Source: Eledone cirrhosa
Lineage: Eukaryota
DNA: 64,000 nt
Reading direction: 5' to 3'
Assembly (NCBI GenBank): GCA_964016885.1
Contig: OZ024741.1
Coordinates: forward strand, 51,770,001 to 51,834,000
The position numbers and the translations under genes were made by a program. The notes under the pieces are model-generated. The model was not told the origin of the DNA and made no database searches. It was given only the letters and a program-made list of their open reading frames with translations. This document shows positions 25,729 to 36,440 of this stretch, in pieces. Within the stretch, counting starts at the first letter, position 1; every line of letters begins with the position of its first letter.

Positions 25729-27545
25729 TTGGTTCTGGCTCCTCTATACACTCTGATTCTATCTCTCTGATTGTAGCCAGAGAACTGCATACGGTGTCCC
25801 CAGATGTATGTGACAGCACGGAGGACCTCCTCAGCAGAATCGGCGCGAGTAACCGATCTGGGGACCTAACAAACTGCATAATAGGCAGTATGGATGTTGT
25901 GTCCCTGTATCCATCTATTGACGTGGATTTTGCTGTGGAGAAATGCGTAGAAATGATCAGCGGGAGCAAGGTTGAGTTCCGTGGGATTGATACCAGTGAG
26001 CTGGGACTTCTACTTAAGCTTACCCATAGTAATAGTTACCTAGACACTTATGACCTTAGCAACCTGTGCCCTACAAGACCAGCAAGAGGCAGACCACCTA
26101 CCATTACCTCAATGGCCAAGAAAACCCACACAGATAGATGGAACGGGTGGACCAGAGCCATACGGACACCCGAAAACCACGATGAACTGAAGAAAATGAT
26201 TGCACATGCGGTAAGGGCCAGCATAAAATTAACCCTTAAGGAACATATGTTCAAATTTAATGGTAAAACATATGCCCAAGAGGAAGGAGCAGCCATTGGT
26301 GTTAGCATTGCAGGCGACATAGCTAACTTATTCATGGTATGGTGGGACAGTAGACTTAAACAAAAACTTAAAGAACAATTAGAAGACAGCTTAACCCTGA
26401 TAATGTACTCCCGCTACGTAGATGATATAAACATTGTAGTTAAGACACCCCCACTAAAGAACAGTCAGGAACTAGAGAAAAACACACCGGAAAGCATCCA
26501 GCAAATAGCAAACTCCATCCACCAGAGCATTAGAGTTACTATAGACTACCCAAGTAGACACCCCAACCATCGATTACCTGTACTAGACACAAAGCTCTGG
26601 TTAGATACCATTAACAACCAAAAACAAATCCTCCATTCCCATTATGCCAAACCCATGACTTCCAAACATCTGATCCACCGAAACTCGGCCATTTCGGACC
26701 ATACCAAAATCAACATACTGATTGCGGATTTGGTACGGGTGATGAGAAATGTGTCCCGCATGTGCAACCCCGAAGAACTAGAGAGACACATACAACACTT
26801 CATCCACCGTATGCAGTTCTCTGGCTACAATCAGAGAGATAGAATCAGAGTGTATAGAGGAGCCAGAACCAAATGGGAAAAAATGGTAAATAATGACATA
26901 AATGGGACCTGCCCCTTGTATAGGAGCAAATTTTGGAATAGAATAGAAAGAACTAGGAACAAAGCCAATAGAATAAACTCATGGTATGATAGCAATAAAT
27001 ACCAGAGTGTAATGTTCATCAATACAACCCCTAGAGGCGAACTAGCCTACAAATTTAGAAGGGCCCTAAATAAACATAAACTCAATATTAAGATAGTAGA
27101 AAGACCAAGTACCTCCGTAAAAACACTTATTAGCAAGACATACCCGTTCCAAAGACCCTCATGTATAGATAAGAAATGTATAACCTGTAAAATAAGCCCC
27201 CATATTAACTGTAAAACTAGAAATGTAGTGTATAGCATAAAATGTACTGAAGGACAATGTAGAAACAAAAATATAGTGTACATAGGTAAGACAGCTCGTA
27301 GTATAGGGGAACGAATAAATGAACACTGGCGAGACCTTCAAGATAATAAAGAATCATCTGTGCTCTACCAACATGCTAAGATAGAACACAGGGGTAGATT
27401 AGAGAACATAGAAATAAAAATAGAATCCACACACAGAAAAGATGCAATGTTTAGGCAAATTACAGAGGCAGTAAGCATAAAAGAATTACAACCAAAATTA
27501 AATAGAAAATATGAGTGGAACAGCAACATCACAACTTACAATTAA
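25620..27545 (+). CDS. PLE reverse transcriptase plus Cys-rich linker plus GIY-YIG endonuclease (genuine from about 25797; the first ~59 codons are inverted-repeat sequence)
   Basis: SMDVVSLYPSI, QEEGAAIG, YSRYVDDI, LPVLD, CxxxxCxxC linker, VVYSIKC...YIGKTARSIGERINEH, EAVSI...LN. Confidence 0.9.
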   Translation: MSLFYWPCSQFFLFYSKICSYTRGRSHLCHYLPFFPFGSGSSIHSDSISLIVARELHTVSPDVCDSTEDLLSRIGASNRSGDLTNCIIGSMDVVSLYPSIDVDFAVEKCVEMISGSKVEFRGIDTSELGLLLKLTHSNSYLDTYDLSNLCPTRPARGRPPTITSMAKKTHTDRWNGWTRAIRTPENHDELKKMIAHAVRASIKLTLKEHMFKFNGKTYAQEEGAAIGVSIAGDIANLFMVWWDSRLKQKLKEQLEDSLTLIMYSRYVDDINIVVKTPPLKNSQELEKNTPESIQQIANSIHQSIRVTIDYPSRHPNHRLPVLDTKLWLDTINNQKQILHSHYAKPMTSKHLIHRNSAISDHTKINILIADLVRVMRNVSRMCNPEELERHIQHFIHRMQFSGYNQRDRIRVYRGARTKWEKMVNNDINGTCPLYRSKFWNRIERTRNKANRINSWYDSNKYQSVMFINTTPRGELAYKFRRALNKHKLNIKIVERPSTSVKTLISKTYPFQRPSCIDKKCITCKISPHINCKTRNVVYSIKCTEGQCRNKNIVYIGKTARSIGERINEHWRDLQDNKESSVLYQHAKIEHRGRLENIEIKIESTHRKDAMFRQITEAVSIKELQPKLNRKYEWNSNITTYN

Positions 27546-27775
27546 GGACAAAATGAAAACACACACAGGACAAAATGAAAACACACACACACATAGAACA
27601 AACAACCAACCAACAATAAATAAATAAATAAATAAACAAATAGATAAATGAACACAAACACACACAGACACCCGGATGTGGCGCATGCGCAAACTGAGCA
27701 CACAACACACACACAGAAACAAAATGGCGTAGGATAGAAGAAAGGAAAGGCACAGAAACAAAGAAAGGAATCCCC

Positions 27776-27820
27776 AGTCACTGAAGAGGTCACAGAGTGT
27801 GTGACGAAAGGACTATGACT
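27776..27820 (+). ncRNA. Minimal hammerhead motif in the PLE-1 3' region
   Basis: AGTCA-CTGAAGA-G-GTCACA-gagtg-TGTGAC-GAAA-GGAC-TA-TGACT; CUA triplet; minimal stem III. Confidence 0.82.
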
Positions 27821-27972
27821 ATATATATAAACAACTATCTGGTTGTGGAACCAACCAACCAACCAGAAATTTATAAGTTTGTAGATTTGTAAATTTATAA
27901 ATATATAATAAATTGAAGTGAAAGCAACTGGTGCGTGTGTTTCTTATTGGCAACATGACCCTCCCAAAGTAT

Positions 27973-28036
<64 letters not shown>

Positions 28037-28111
28037 GAAGTTGGTCTAAAAAGTGCATAGGCTGCCTATGAAGGAGTGATGCTAGGGCTGTGAAATCTTG
28101 CATGCATTAAT

Positions 28112-29170
28112 TGTGGCTATGGTGTGCCGTGCGGTGGCCGGGGGAGGGGGGGGAGTGCTCGACCGGAAGGGGTCTTTGACCGGAAGGATGCTCGACCGGA
28201 AGGGCCAGGAGAGGGCCTCTCGCTAGTGGTGACCAGCATACGGTGAGGACGCGTTTTGGGCAGCTCCGGGTTTTAAGCAGTCGGACGCACGTGGAAGAGG
28301 AGAAAAAGGAAAGTCATCAGAGCTCAACCAACAATTAAAGACAGTTAAAATGAACTTAGAAGGTGCTAGACAAGAGCTGTCTGATTATAAAGAAAAGGCC
28401 TCCAGAATTCTTCAGTCTAAGGAACGCCTTATTGCCAGTTTACGTAACGGTTCCGATGAATCAGATGAAAACAGAGGAATATCTACAGAGGAATTTAATT
28501 CTATCAAAAGTGAACGAGACATGTACAGAGATGAGTTACAACAAATTAAGATGAGCTCAGAAAATGCAAAAGTTGAATTACAGGATATCGAATCTCAGCT
28601 GCATCTTGATCGGGAATCTCACCGAGAGGAAGTAGAGTTGTTACAGGACCAACTGACAGATGAACGACGCATCAAAGAGGAAACTGAACAGGATTTGTTG
28701 AAACAAAAAAAGGAACTTCACTACACTCTGGAAGAGGAAACCCAAGATGAGGTGGAAACCCAGAGCCCTGCCCCAATACTACGAAGATCGCAACGGAGTC
28801 GTAGACCACCGACCTGGACGGCAGACTTTCATATGCAGAGGGACGAGGGGGAAATTGATCCTTGAGATCAGGGGGGCGTGTGGGTATGGTGTGGCGTGCG
28901 GGGGGGGGGGGGTGCTCGACCGGAAGGGGTCTTTGACCGGAAAGATGCTCGACCGGAAGGGCCAGGAGAGGGCCTCTCGCTAGTGGTGACCAGCATACGG
29001 TGAGGACGCGTTTTGGGCAGCTCCGGGTTTTAAGCAGTCGGACGCACGTGGAAGAGGAGTACCTGCAGTGGAATTTAGCGGCGCCTGTGAAAAGCGGTAA
29101 GTGAGATAGCTTTTTCTAACCACATTAATTTCAACTCTTCTTATTAATAACTGTAGTGTTTCTTTATACA
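28112..29170 (+). mobile_element. Chimeric LTR retrotransposon remnant: partial 5' LTR 28112-28302, captured host sequence, pol tail, PPT and 3' LTR 28879-29170
   Basis: Direct repeats starting TGTGG. The 3' copy follows AGGGGGG (PPT-like) and ends ...TACA. LRRSQRSRRPPTW is typical of Gypsy pol C-termini. Confidence 0.8.
28350..28865 (+). CDS. GOLGA5: Chimeric ORF: golgin-84 (GOLGA5-like) coiled-coil fragment fused to a Gypsy-like pol tail
   Basis: ELNQQLKTVKMNLEGARQELSDYKEKASRILQSKERLIASLR...ELQDIESQ...ELHYTLEE resembles golgin-84 as I recall it (QELIDYKQKATRILQSKEKLINSLK). The host part spans about 28302-28738. It is a fragment, not the host locus. Confidence 0.8.
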   Translation: MNLEGARQELSDYKEKASRILQSKERLIASLRNGSDESDENRGISTEEFNSIKSERDMYRDELQQIKMSSENAKVELQDIESQLHLDRESHREEVELLQDQLTDERRIKEETEQDLLKQKKELHYTLEEETQDEVETQSPAPILRRSQRSRRPPTWTADFHMQRDEGEIDP

Positions 29171-29258
29171 TATATATATATTAAATTTCTATACCTTTCA
29201 TTTATATATATCATCATCATCGTTTAACGTCCATCTTCCACGCTTGCATGGGTTTGGA

Positions 29259-29295
<37 letters not shown>

Positions 29296-29420
29296 GGAGG
29301 TGAGTTTTATTGTAGTACAATAAAGCAATGCAGATTTCGGATAAGAAGCACTCTACAGTTTGTAGGACTGGAGTATACATAATATATAAGATCAAAAGAT
29401 GGTTAAAGGAGTTCCATGTA

Positions 29421-29487
29421 TTTTATTATGCGCATTTCAAAAACAAACATCATCACGCAATAATATTTGTGTTTTCATCAGATAAAA
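29421..29487 (-). ncRNA. Type I hammerhead motif (family B, left arm)
   Basis: Reverse complement of 29610-29676. Confidence 0.82.
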
Positions 29488-29609
29488 CAGGAGAACATGA
29501 TATGAAGGCTAAAAAACACTTGTGGATAGTGCAGTTTTAAATCAACATATGTTGATTTAAAACTGCACTATCCACAAGTGTTTTTTAGCCTTCATATCAT
29601 GTTCTCCTG

Positions 29610-29676
29610 TTTTATCTGATGAAAACACAAATATTATTGCGTGATGATGTTTGTTTTTGAAATGCGCATAATAAAA
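29610..29676 (+). ncRNA. Type I hammerhead motif (family B, right arm)
   Basis: TTTTAT-CTGATGA-AAACACAAATATTATTGCGTGATGATGTTTGTTTTT-GAAA-TGCGCA-TA-ATAAAA; AUA triplet. Confidence 0.85.
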
Positions 29677-29708
29677 TACATGGAACTCCTTTAACCATCT
29701 TTTGATCT

Positions 29709-29789
<81 letters not shown>

Positions 29790-29934
29790 TATTTACGTAT
29801 CGAGAAAGAGAGAAAAAGGAGGGATAGGTGATTCATATAGTTATTTGCCAAGTAGCGCATGCCAAAGGTGCTCGATACTAATGCCGGCAGTATTCGAAGT
29901 GTTAATATTTAGTGGGCTAGAGAGTTAGCAGAGC

Positions 29935-30019
<85 letters not shown>

Positions 30020-30028
<9 letters not shown>

Positions 30029-30690
30029 CTCGGTCTCTAGCGTCGGTGCATTTGTTCCGGATACGTGTAGTTCGTTCCTTATGTATCCGAACTTAGCGCC
30101 GGCTGGGAGGGCCGATCTGAAATGTACGAACAGGTCCCTGCTGGCGGTTTTTTTTATAGAAGCAGGTGTGGATGTTGCCTTCCTCTGTTACCCTGAGTTG
30201 GAAGTCCAGTAGGGATAGGGATCCGCGGTCATCGGGGTGTTCCATGCTGAACTTTATACTGGCGTCCATGCTGGAGAATGTTGTGTATATTTTATCTGCC
30301 TCCTCACGGGATGATATAAGGATGAGTATGTCATCTACATATCGGGTGAAGAAGGTATGGGAATGGCAGGTGTTGAGGGCTCGACATTCTAGCTGGTTTA
30401 TATAGGTGATGGCCAGCAGGCCCGATAGGCTGGATCCCATGGGTAATCCTGTTGTCTGTCTGTATGTGTGGTGGTGGAAGGTGAAGTACGTGTTGTCCAC
30501 TGTGAAGGACAAAAGCTGGTGTATGTCCGACGGGTGGAGGCCGTAGCAGTGGATGTCCTCTGCGACCACGCAGTCCGTCAATAAATCAACAGCTGGATGA
30601 GCGGGGACTGTAGTGTAGAGGGAGACAACGTCGAGGCTAAAGGCGTATCTATTTAGTTTAAGTTGTTCTGGCTGGAGTTGGTGTAGTCTA
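30020..30690 (-). pseudogene. Penelope-like element 2, inverted RT portion
   Basis: FSLDVVSLYTTVP, QTTGLPMGSSLSGLLA, FTRYVDDIL, LSLLDF; frameshift in the A-run near 30150. Confidence 0.9.
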
Positions 30691-30693
30691 CAT

Positions 30694-31443
30694 GAAGGCA
30701 GCATCCACACCTGCTTCTATAAAAAAACCGCCAGCAGGAACCTGTTCGTACATTTCAGATCGGCCCTCCCAGCCGGCGCTAAGTTCAGATACATAAGGAA
30801 CGAACTAACACGTATCCGGAACAAATGCACCGACGCTAGAGACCGAGACACACACACCACACATTTCCTGGAAGTACTCAAACTGAACGGATACACGACA
30901 TCCACCACAAACCGTGCCAGAAAGAACAGAGGCCACCACACCCGAGGCACTAACACTTGCTTCCTGAAGCTCCCACACTTCAGTGAAGAAACAACAACAG
31001 CCATCTGCAGAGCTATCAGACGAGAGGGACTAGATATCCAACTGGCCCCCTCAGGTCCTTCTCTACGCGGACAGCTAACCAAAAGACACTCCACCAGACA
31101 TGACAACTGCTGCAGACTAGCCAACTGCCCCATCAACGACACAGACCTATGCCACCAGGCTTACGTCGTATACAGACTAGAGTGTGACAAATGCAACAAC
31201 TTCTATGTAGGTAGAACCACCAGACCACTCCACATAAGAATAAAAGAACACCTCAATACTAACGCTTCCTCATTTAAGAAACACCTAGTTAAATGCAAAA
31301 ACACCGACAAAACCACAACAGTTAGGATAGAAACTAAGGAAAGAAACCTCGGCAATCTTAGAATTAAGGAAGCACTAATTATAGACAAAACACAACCACC
31401 AATCAATAATAGACTAGAACTCAACACCCAATTTATAACTTGA
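30694..31443 (+). pseudogene. Penelope-like element 2, thumb plus GIY-YIG portion (open frame with no ATG; absent from the ORF track)
   Basis: My translation: EGSIHTCFYKKTASRNLFVHFRSALP...VVYRLECDKCNNFYVGRTTRPLHIRIKEHL...LRIKEALIIDKTQPPINNRLELNTQFIT*. Confidence 0.88.
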
Positions 31444-32049
31444 TAGAACTTCTAGCCCCATATTTACACACACAACCCACACACACACGCACACACGCAC
31501 GCACGCACACACACACACACACACGCTTACACCTCCACTTATTCTCTCTCACACATACACACACAAAACCAATTCTAACACGAGATAACATCTATCCCCC
31601 ACATTTACGTATAGACATATCTTCTCACACTCACACACACACACTCACATACTTACACCTTCATGCATTCTCCCACACACTTAAACAGGCATGTACAAAA
31701 AAAAACAAAAAAACATTAAACCCCTTTTAAAGGGAGACTACTCTTTATCCACCTAATCTTAACTCTTTCACATTAGAGATAGAACAGATACTCTATACCA
31801 TTTCCTGTCAGCATGACTTGGCAAGCTATTTAGAACACTGGATTAACAGCTTTACTGAAGAAGAGATATTATCTCAAAAATTAAGGACATTTAAATAAAT
31901 CTAAGGTAAAAGACTAATTGTCAACAATATCTTTTGCATTTGCATTCTTTATTCTATGTCCATACCTGCATTGTTTTGGCTTTATTATACATATACAAAC
32001 GTTTATACCTCATTACACAATGCTTCAAGTGAACTATAACCTCCTCCTC

Positions 32050-32114
<65 letters not shown>

Positions 32115-32117
<3 letters not shown>

Positions 32118-34674
32118 TCATCATCATCACCGTTTTACGTCCGTTCTTCCATGCTAGCATGGGTTAGACGGGTTGTCCTGTTGTGGGCAGTGTCTGGTCG
32201 GCTGACCATGCCTTGCTCATCCAGGAACTGATTTTGGCTTGATTTCTACAGCTGGATACCCTTCCTAACACCAACCTCATTTACAGTGAGTGCTGGGTGC
32301 TTTTTCGTGGCGCCTACACGTCCACTTTACTGTGGGCTGCGTTCTTTTTTTGCTGTGGCACCTCCACAACCACTTTGCAGTGGGAGGGTGTGGGGGCATA
32401 TTGTCTATATGCTTCAGCTTGTACCCATGGGAGGTCGGGTACTCTGTATTACTGTGTGACGCCAGAGGTCACGGTTGTGTGTCATCATCTTTGAGAGGTG
32501 TAACTGGGTAAGGTCGGCTTTTATCACCTCATCCCAGGTCATCTTGGGTCTCCCCACTCCGCGGTTTCCAATGACTTCTAGTGCTCTGCACCTTTTTATG
32601 CAGCTGTCATCCTTCATACACATCACATGTCCATACCAACGCAACCGCCTCTCCTGCACACAGCATTTGATTCCTCTTATGCTCAGTCTCTCTCTCAATT
32701 TAATTTATGCTTTGCCGTTCGCGTATATTACTATTACACATCCATCGGAGCATGCAGGCTTTGTTTCTTTCTAATCTACGTAAGTATTCTACCTTCAGCG
32801 CCCAGGTCTCACTACCTTGTAACATTGCTGTTCGTATACACGCATCATGCAGTCTGCCTTTCATTTTGAGGGAAAAGCCTTTTGCAGCTAGCAGTGGCAG
32901 TAGTTCCCTGAACTTCTTCCATCCCGTTCTTACCCTAGTTATTGTACTTTCTGAACACCCACCTCCACTGCTAATTCGGTCACCTAGGTAGCAGAAGCTG
33001 TCTACTGTTTCTACAGAGCCCTCCCAGAGATTGGTGGTACTTGTTTCCTGTGGCTGTTTGCTGCTTGCTGTCCCAGCACAGCTGCTACATGTGAAGCCTA
33101 CATTCTTAATTAAGCTTCCTGAGATCCCGCTACAGCTCTTGTGTGTCCATTGTTTGCATTTGGGGCAGAGAATGGAGTTCCTACCTACACCTTTCCTACA
33201 TACTGAGCAAGGCCATTTCCCTGAGGGGATCTGGGTTCTGTTTTCTAGTCTACTTACAAGAACCTTAGTCTTTGTCAGGTTGACTTTGAGACCCTTTCTT
33301 TCTAGTCCCTGCTTCCAAGTTTGGAATTTCTTCTCTAGTTCTACCATAGATTCAGCTATAAGTGCGAGGTCATCAGCATACAGGAGTTCCCATGGGCATC
33401 CGGTCTTAAACTCCTCCGTTATTGCCTGCAGGACTATGATGAACAGGAGAGGGCTAAGAACAGAGCCCTGGTGGACACCAACTTGTACGCTAAATTCCTC
33501 GCTATACTCATTGCTAATCCTAACTTTGCTGACTGCTCCCCTATACATGGCTTGTACAGCTTTCACAAGTCATTCATCTACTCCTAGTTTTCTAAGAGCC
33601 CACCAGATTACAGCACGTGGAACTCTGTCAAAGGCTTTCTCGAGATCGACGAATGCCAGGTGGAGTGGCTTACTTTTAGCTAGGTACTTTTCCTGTAACT
33701 GCCTCACCAGGAAGAGGGCATCAGTGGTGCCTCTTCCTGGCACAAACCCAAATTGCATCTCATCTAGTTTCACCCGATCCCTAATCAACTGTGCTATAAC
33801 TCTTTCTGTTACTTTCATGACCTGGTCCATCAGCTTTATACCTCTATAGTTTCCTCTATCTAGTGCATCACCTTTACCTTTGTAGCAGTTGACAATGATG
33901 CTACTGCACCGATCTTTTGGTATGACACCTTCTAGTATTACCTGGTTAACAATACGTGTGGTTATAGTGTGACCTACAGACCCAGATGCCTTCAGCATCT
34001 CGGCAGCTGTACCCGCTGGACCGGTTGCCTTCTCCATCTTCATATCTTTGATTGCCTTACTTACTACGCTGCTGCTGACTTGTACTGCTGGCCCCTCTAT
34101 AGGGTCGACTTGGGGTAGGGTCTCTTCTTCCCATGCATTCTCCTCACTTAGTAATCTATCATAATGGCTCTTCCATGCATCTTTCTTCTCAGCACTTGTG
34201 AGGGCAAGCTCACCTTTATCATTCCGGATACACTTCTCTCCAATGACATCATAATTCTCTCTGACACACTGCCTCGCAATCTTGAACACCTCCTGTTTCT
34301 GGTCCTCACGTTGCAAAACATGCTTGAATTTTTTATCCTCTGCTTCCCTCCTAGCTAAGTATACTTGTCGCCTAGCTTCCCCCGTTCTTCCATTCTTTCC
34401 ATGCCTGTCTCTTGGCCTTAACTGCCTCATCTACCTTATTGTTCCACCACCAAGTCACTCTCCTCCTGCTTGTGGTCTTACTCCAGCTACAGATCTTATC
34501 CGTCGCCTCTAGTAAGTTATTTTTTAGGAACTTCCAGTACTCTTCTACATTGAATGTCTCTATCTGTACTTCTTTACTGTCGTAGGCGTTGAGTAAAATA
34601 TCTTTAAATCTGTTACTGGCTGAGGGGTCTTTCAGCTTCCAGATCTTTCTTCTCCAGGTTGGCCTCTGTTTCCT
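32115..34674 (-). mobile_element. RTE-clade LINE subfamily B, 5'-truncated
   Basis: ORFs 33570..34430 and 32700..33566 (one premature stop) carry RT motifs; (CAT)n tail. Confidence 0.93.
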
Positions 34675-34929
34675 TATAAACTTATAAACTGTATTTATAA
34701 AACTGTATTTCTTTGGAGATATGAAATATTTATACATATTGTATAAAGCTATGATTTATACATCTCTAGGCCCTATTGGTGGGGGTCCCTAGGAAGATAT
34801 TATCAGTTCGGAGGCTGCATTCCAACTGTGCCTTAGCAAGGCAATGCTTTGACTTGACGTCATAACAAGGGAGGCGACTCTCACTACAGGACATTGGAGG
34901 CTGTTAGAGCTTAGGTTTGCTGGTTTAAT

Positions 34930-36021
34930 AAAATAAATAATAATAATGAAATTATTGTGTACAGTGCTCAGGTGCACTACAACTCATCAAAGGTGCATGT
35001 ATAGTACATAGAATAATGTACAAATGTCAGGAAAATGAACAGTGTATGAGTCATGATATAATAACAATAACAATAATGAAATATTGTGTACAGTGCCCAG
35101 GTGCACCACAACTCATCAAAAAAGTGCATGTACAGTACATAGGGCAATGCACAAACATCAGTAAAATGAACAGTGCACGAGTCCTGATACACACATGTGT
35201 GCATGTGTATGGAAGGGGTACATCAGGTGTAGTTTTGGCGTATTTCGGGAAGCATGAGTGTCTTAAAGGATGCAGTGTCTCGGCAACTAACAATTGACGC
35301 AGGCAGTTTGTTCCATGCTTCAGCAACTCTGAGCGTGAAAAAATGTCTGCGAAAGTCATGGGAGCTGTGCTGTTTTCTTATCTTGTAGGCATGTCCACGT
35401 GTGTTAGACACATGGAGATCAAAGAGGCGCTCAGGGTTGCAGTTGGCGAGATGGTTAAAAACTTTGTGGGTATTCACCAAGTCCATTGCCAGACGTCGGA
35501 GCTTCAATGAATCCATGCCCAGGGAAGCAAGGCGTTCAGAGTATGGTAGGTGTCTGATGGAGGGTATGCGCTTGGTTGCACGTCTCTGAACAGTTTCCAG
35601 GAGGTCAATGTTCCGAGCAAGATAGGGGTTCCAGACTGATGATGCGAATTCCAAGTGTGGTCGCACCATAGCTGTATACAGTTTTAAATAGATGGCTGGA
35701 GAGCGACTAACAAAGGTCTTGCTGAGTGATGCCAAGACACCCTCGGCCTTCTTGACAATCTTAGAGACATGCTTTGTCCAACGCAAATCGTTGCTGACAG
35801 TAATGCCCAGGTCACGTTCACAAGAGGACTTTTTGATGTCAGTGTTGTGGAGGGAGTATGTGGACGCTGGATTTTTCCTTCCAAAATGCATGGTGGTACA
35901 CTTGTCCACAGCCAGCTTCAGTTGCCAGTCTGTGATCCATTGCTGCATTGTGTCCAGGTCTGACTGTAGGAAAGAGTTGTAAATTTCAGGATCAGTCCTT
36001 TTGATTTCAAGGTACAGCTTG
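34930..36021 (-). mobile_element. CR1-clade LINE 3' fragment
   Basis: ERDLGITV, VRPHLEFASSVWNPY, LETVQRRATKRI, YSERL...LKLRRL, NTRGH. The boundaries are defined by the empty-site paralog at 37826-37900. Confidence 0.9.
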
Positions 36022-36254
36022 GTTAGGCTTAATGTTCATGGTCATGGTTAGGGTTTACGGTTAGCATTAGTGTTTGTTGGGTTTGAACTTAGGGGTTAGC
36101 TGTTAAGTTTAAAGACAATATTTAGTGCTGGGATTTTGTGTTACAACTTCTATTGTGAAAATAGTATTTTTATAGACTAGATTTAATTTATTGTCTCTGC
36201 ATTTATATAGAAGTTAATGTTAAGAGTGTAGAATAATGACTTGTATGTTTTCCA

Positions 36255-36440
36255 CCGGTGGATTGGCAGTATCGGTAGAGGGTCGGACGCCATGCTTTCC
36301 AGCATAGTTACGTCCCTTTACGATCTGAGTTCAAATCCCGCCGAGGTTGACTTTGCCTTGCATCCTTACGGGGTCGATAAAATAAAGTACCAGTAATGCA
36401 CTGGGTAATTGCTGGCCTTGTGCCTAAATTAGAAACAATT
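36255..36440 (+). mobile_element. tRNA-derived SINE family A
   Basis: A-box TGGCAGTATCGG and B-box GAGTTCAAATCC. Related fragments at about 12170-12330, 13210-13620 and 49530-49660 (-). Absent from the duplicate block near 37965. Confidence 0.8.

Larger units (their letters stand above)
24620..27980 (+). mobile_element. Penelope-like retroelement 1, 5'-truncated, with a long inverted copy of its 3' end
   Basis: 24620-25796 is the reverse complement of 26805-27980. The centre encodes RT, and there is a hammerhead in each terminal region. Confidence 0.93.
29293..29718. mobile_element. Fold-back element family B with a perfect palindrome of about 340 bp
   Basis: 29379-29718 is symmetric around CATATG at 29546-51; inside (TA)n. 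Confidence 0.9.

Noticed and set aside
33031-33849. 272-aa plus-strand ORF, repeated at 59535-60353
   Set aside because: Antisense shadow of the RTE RT frame, with no independent motifs.
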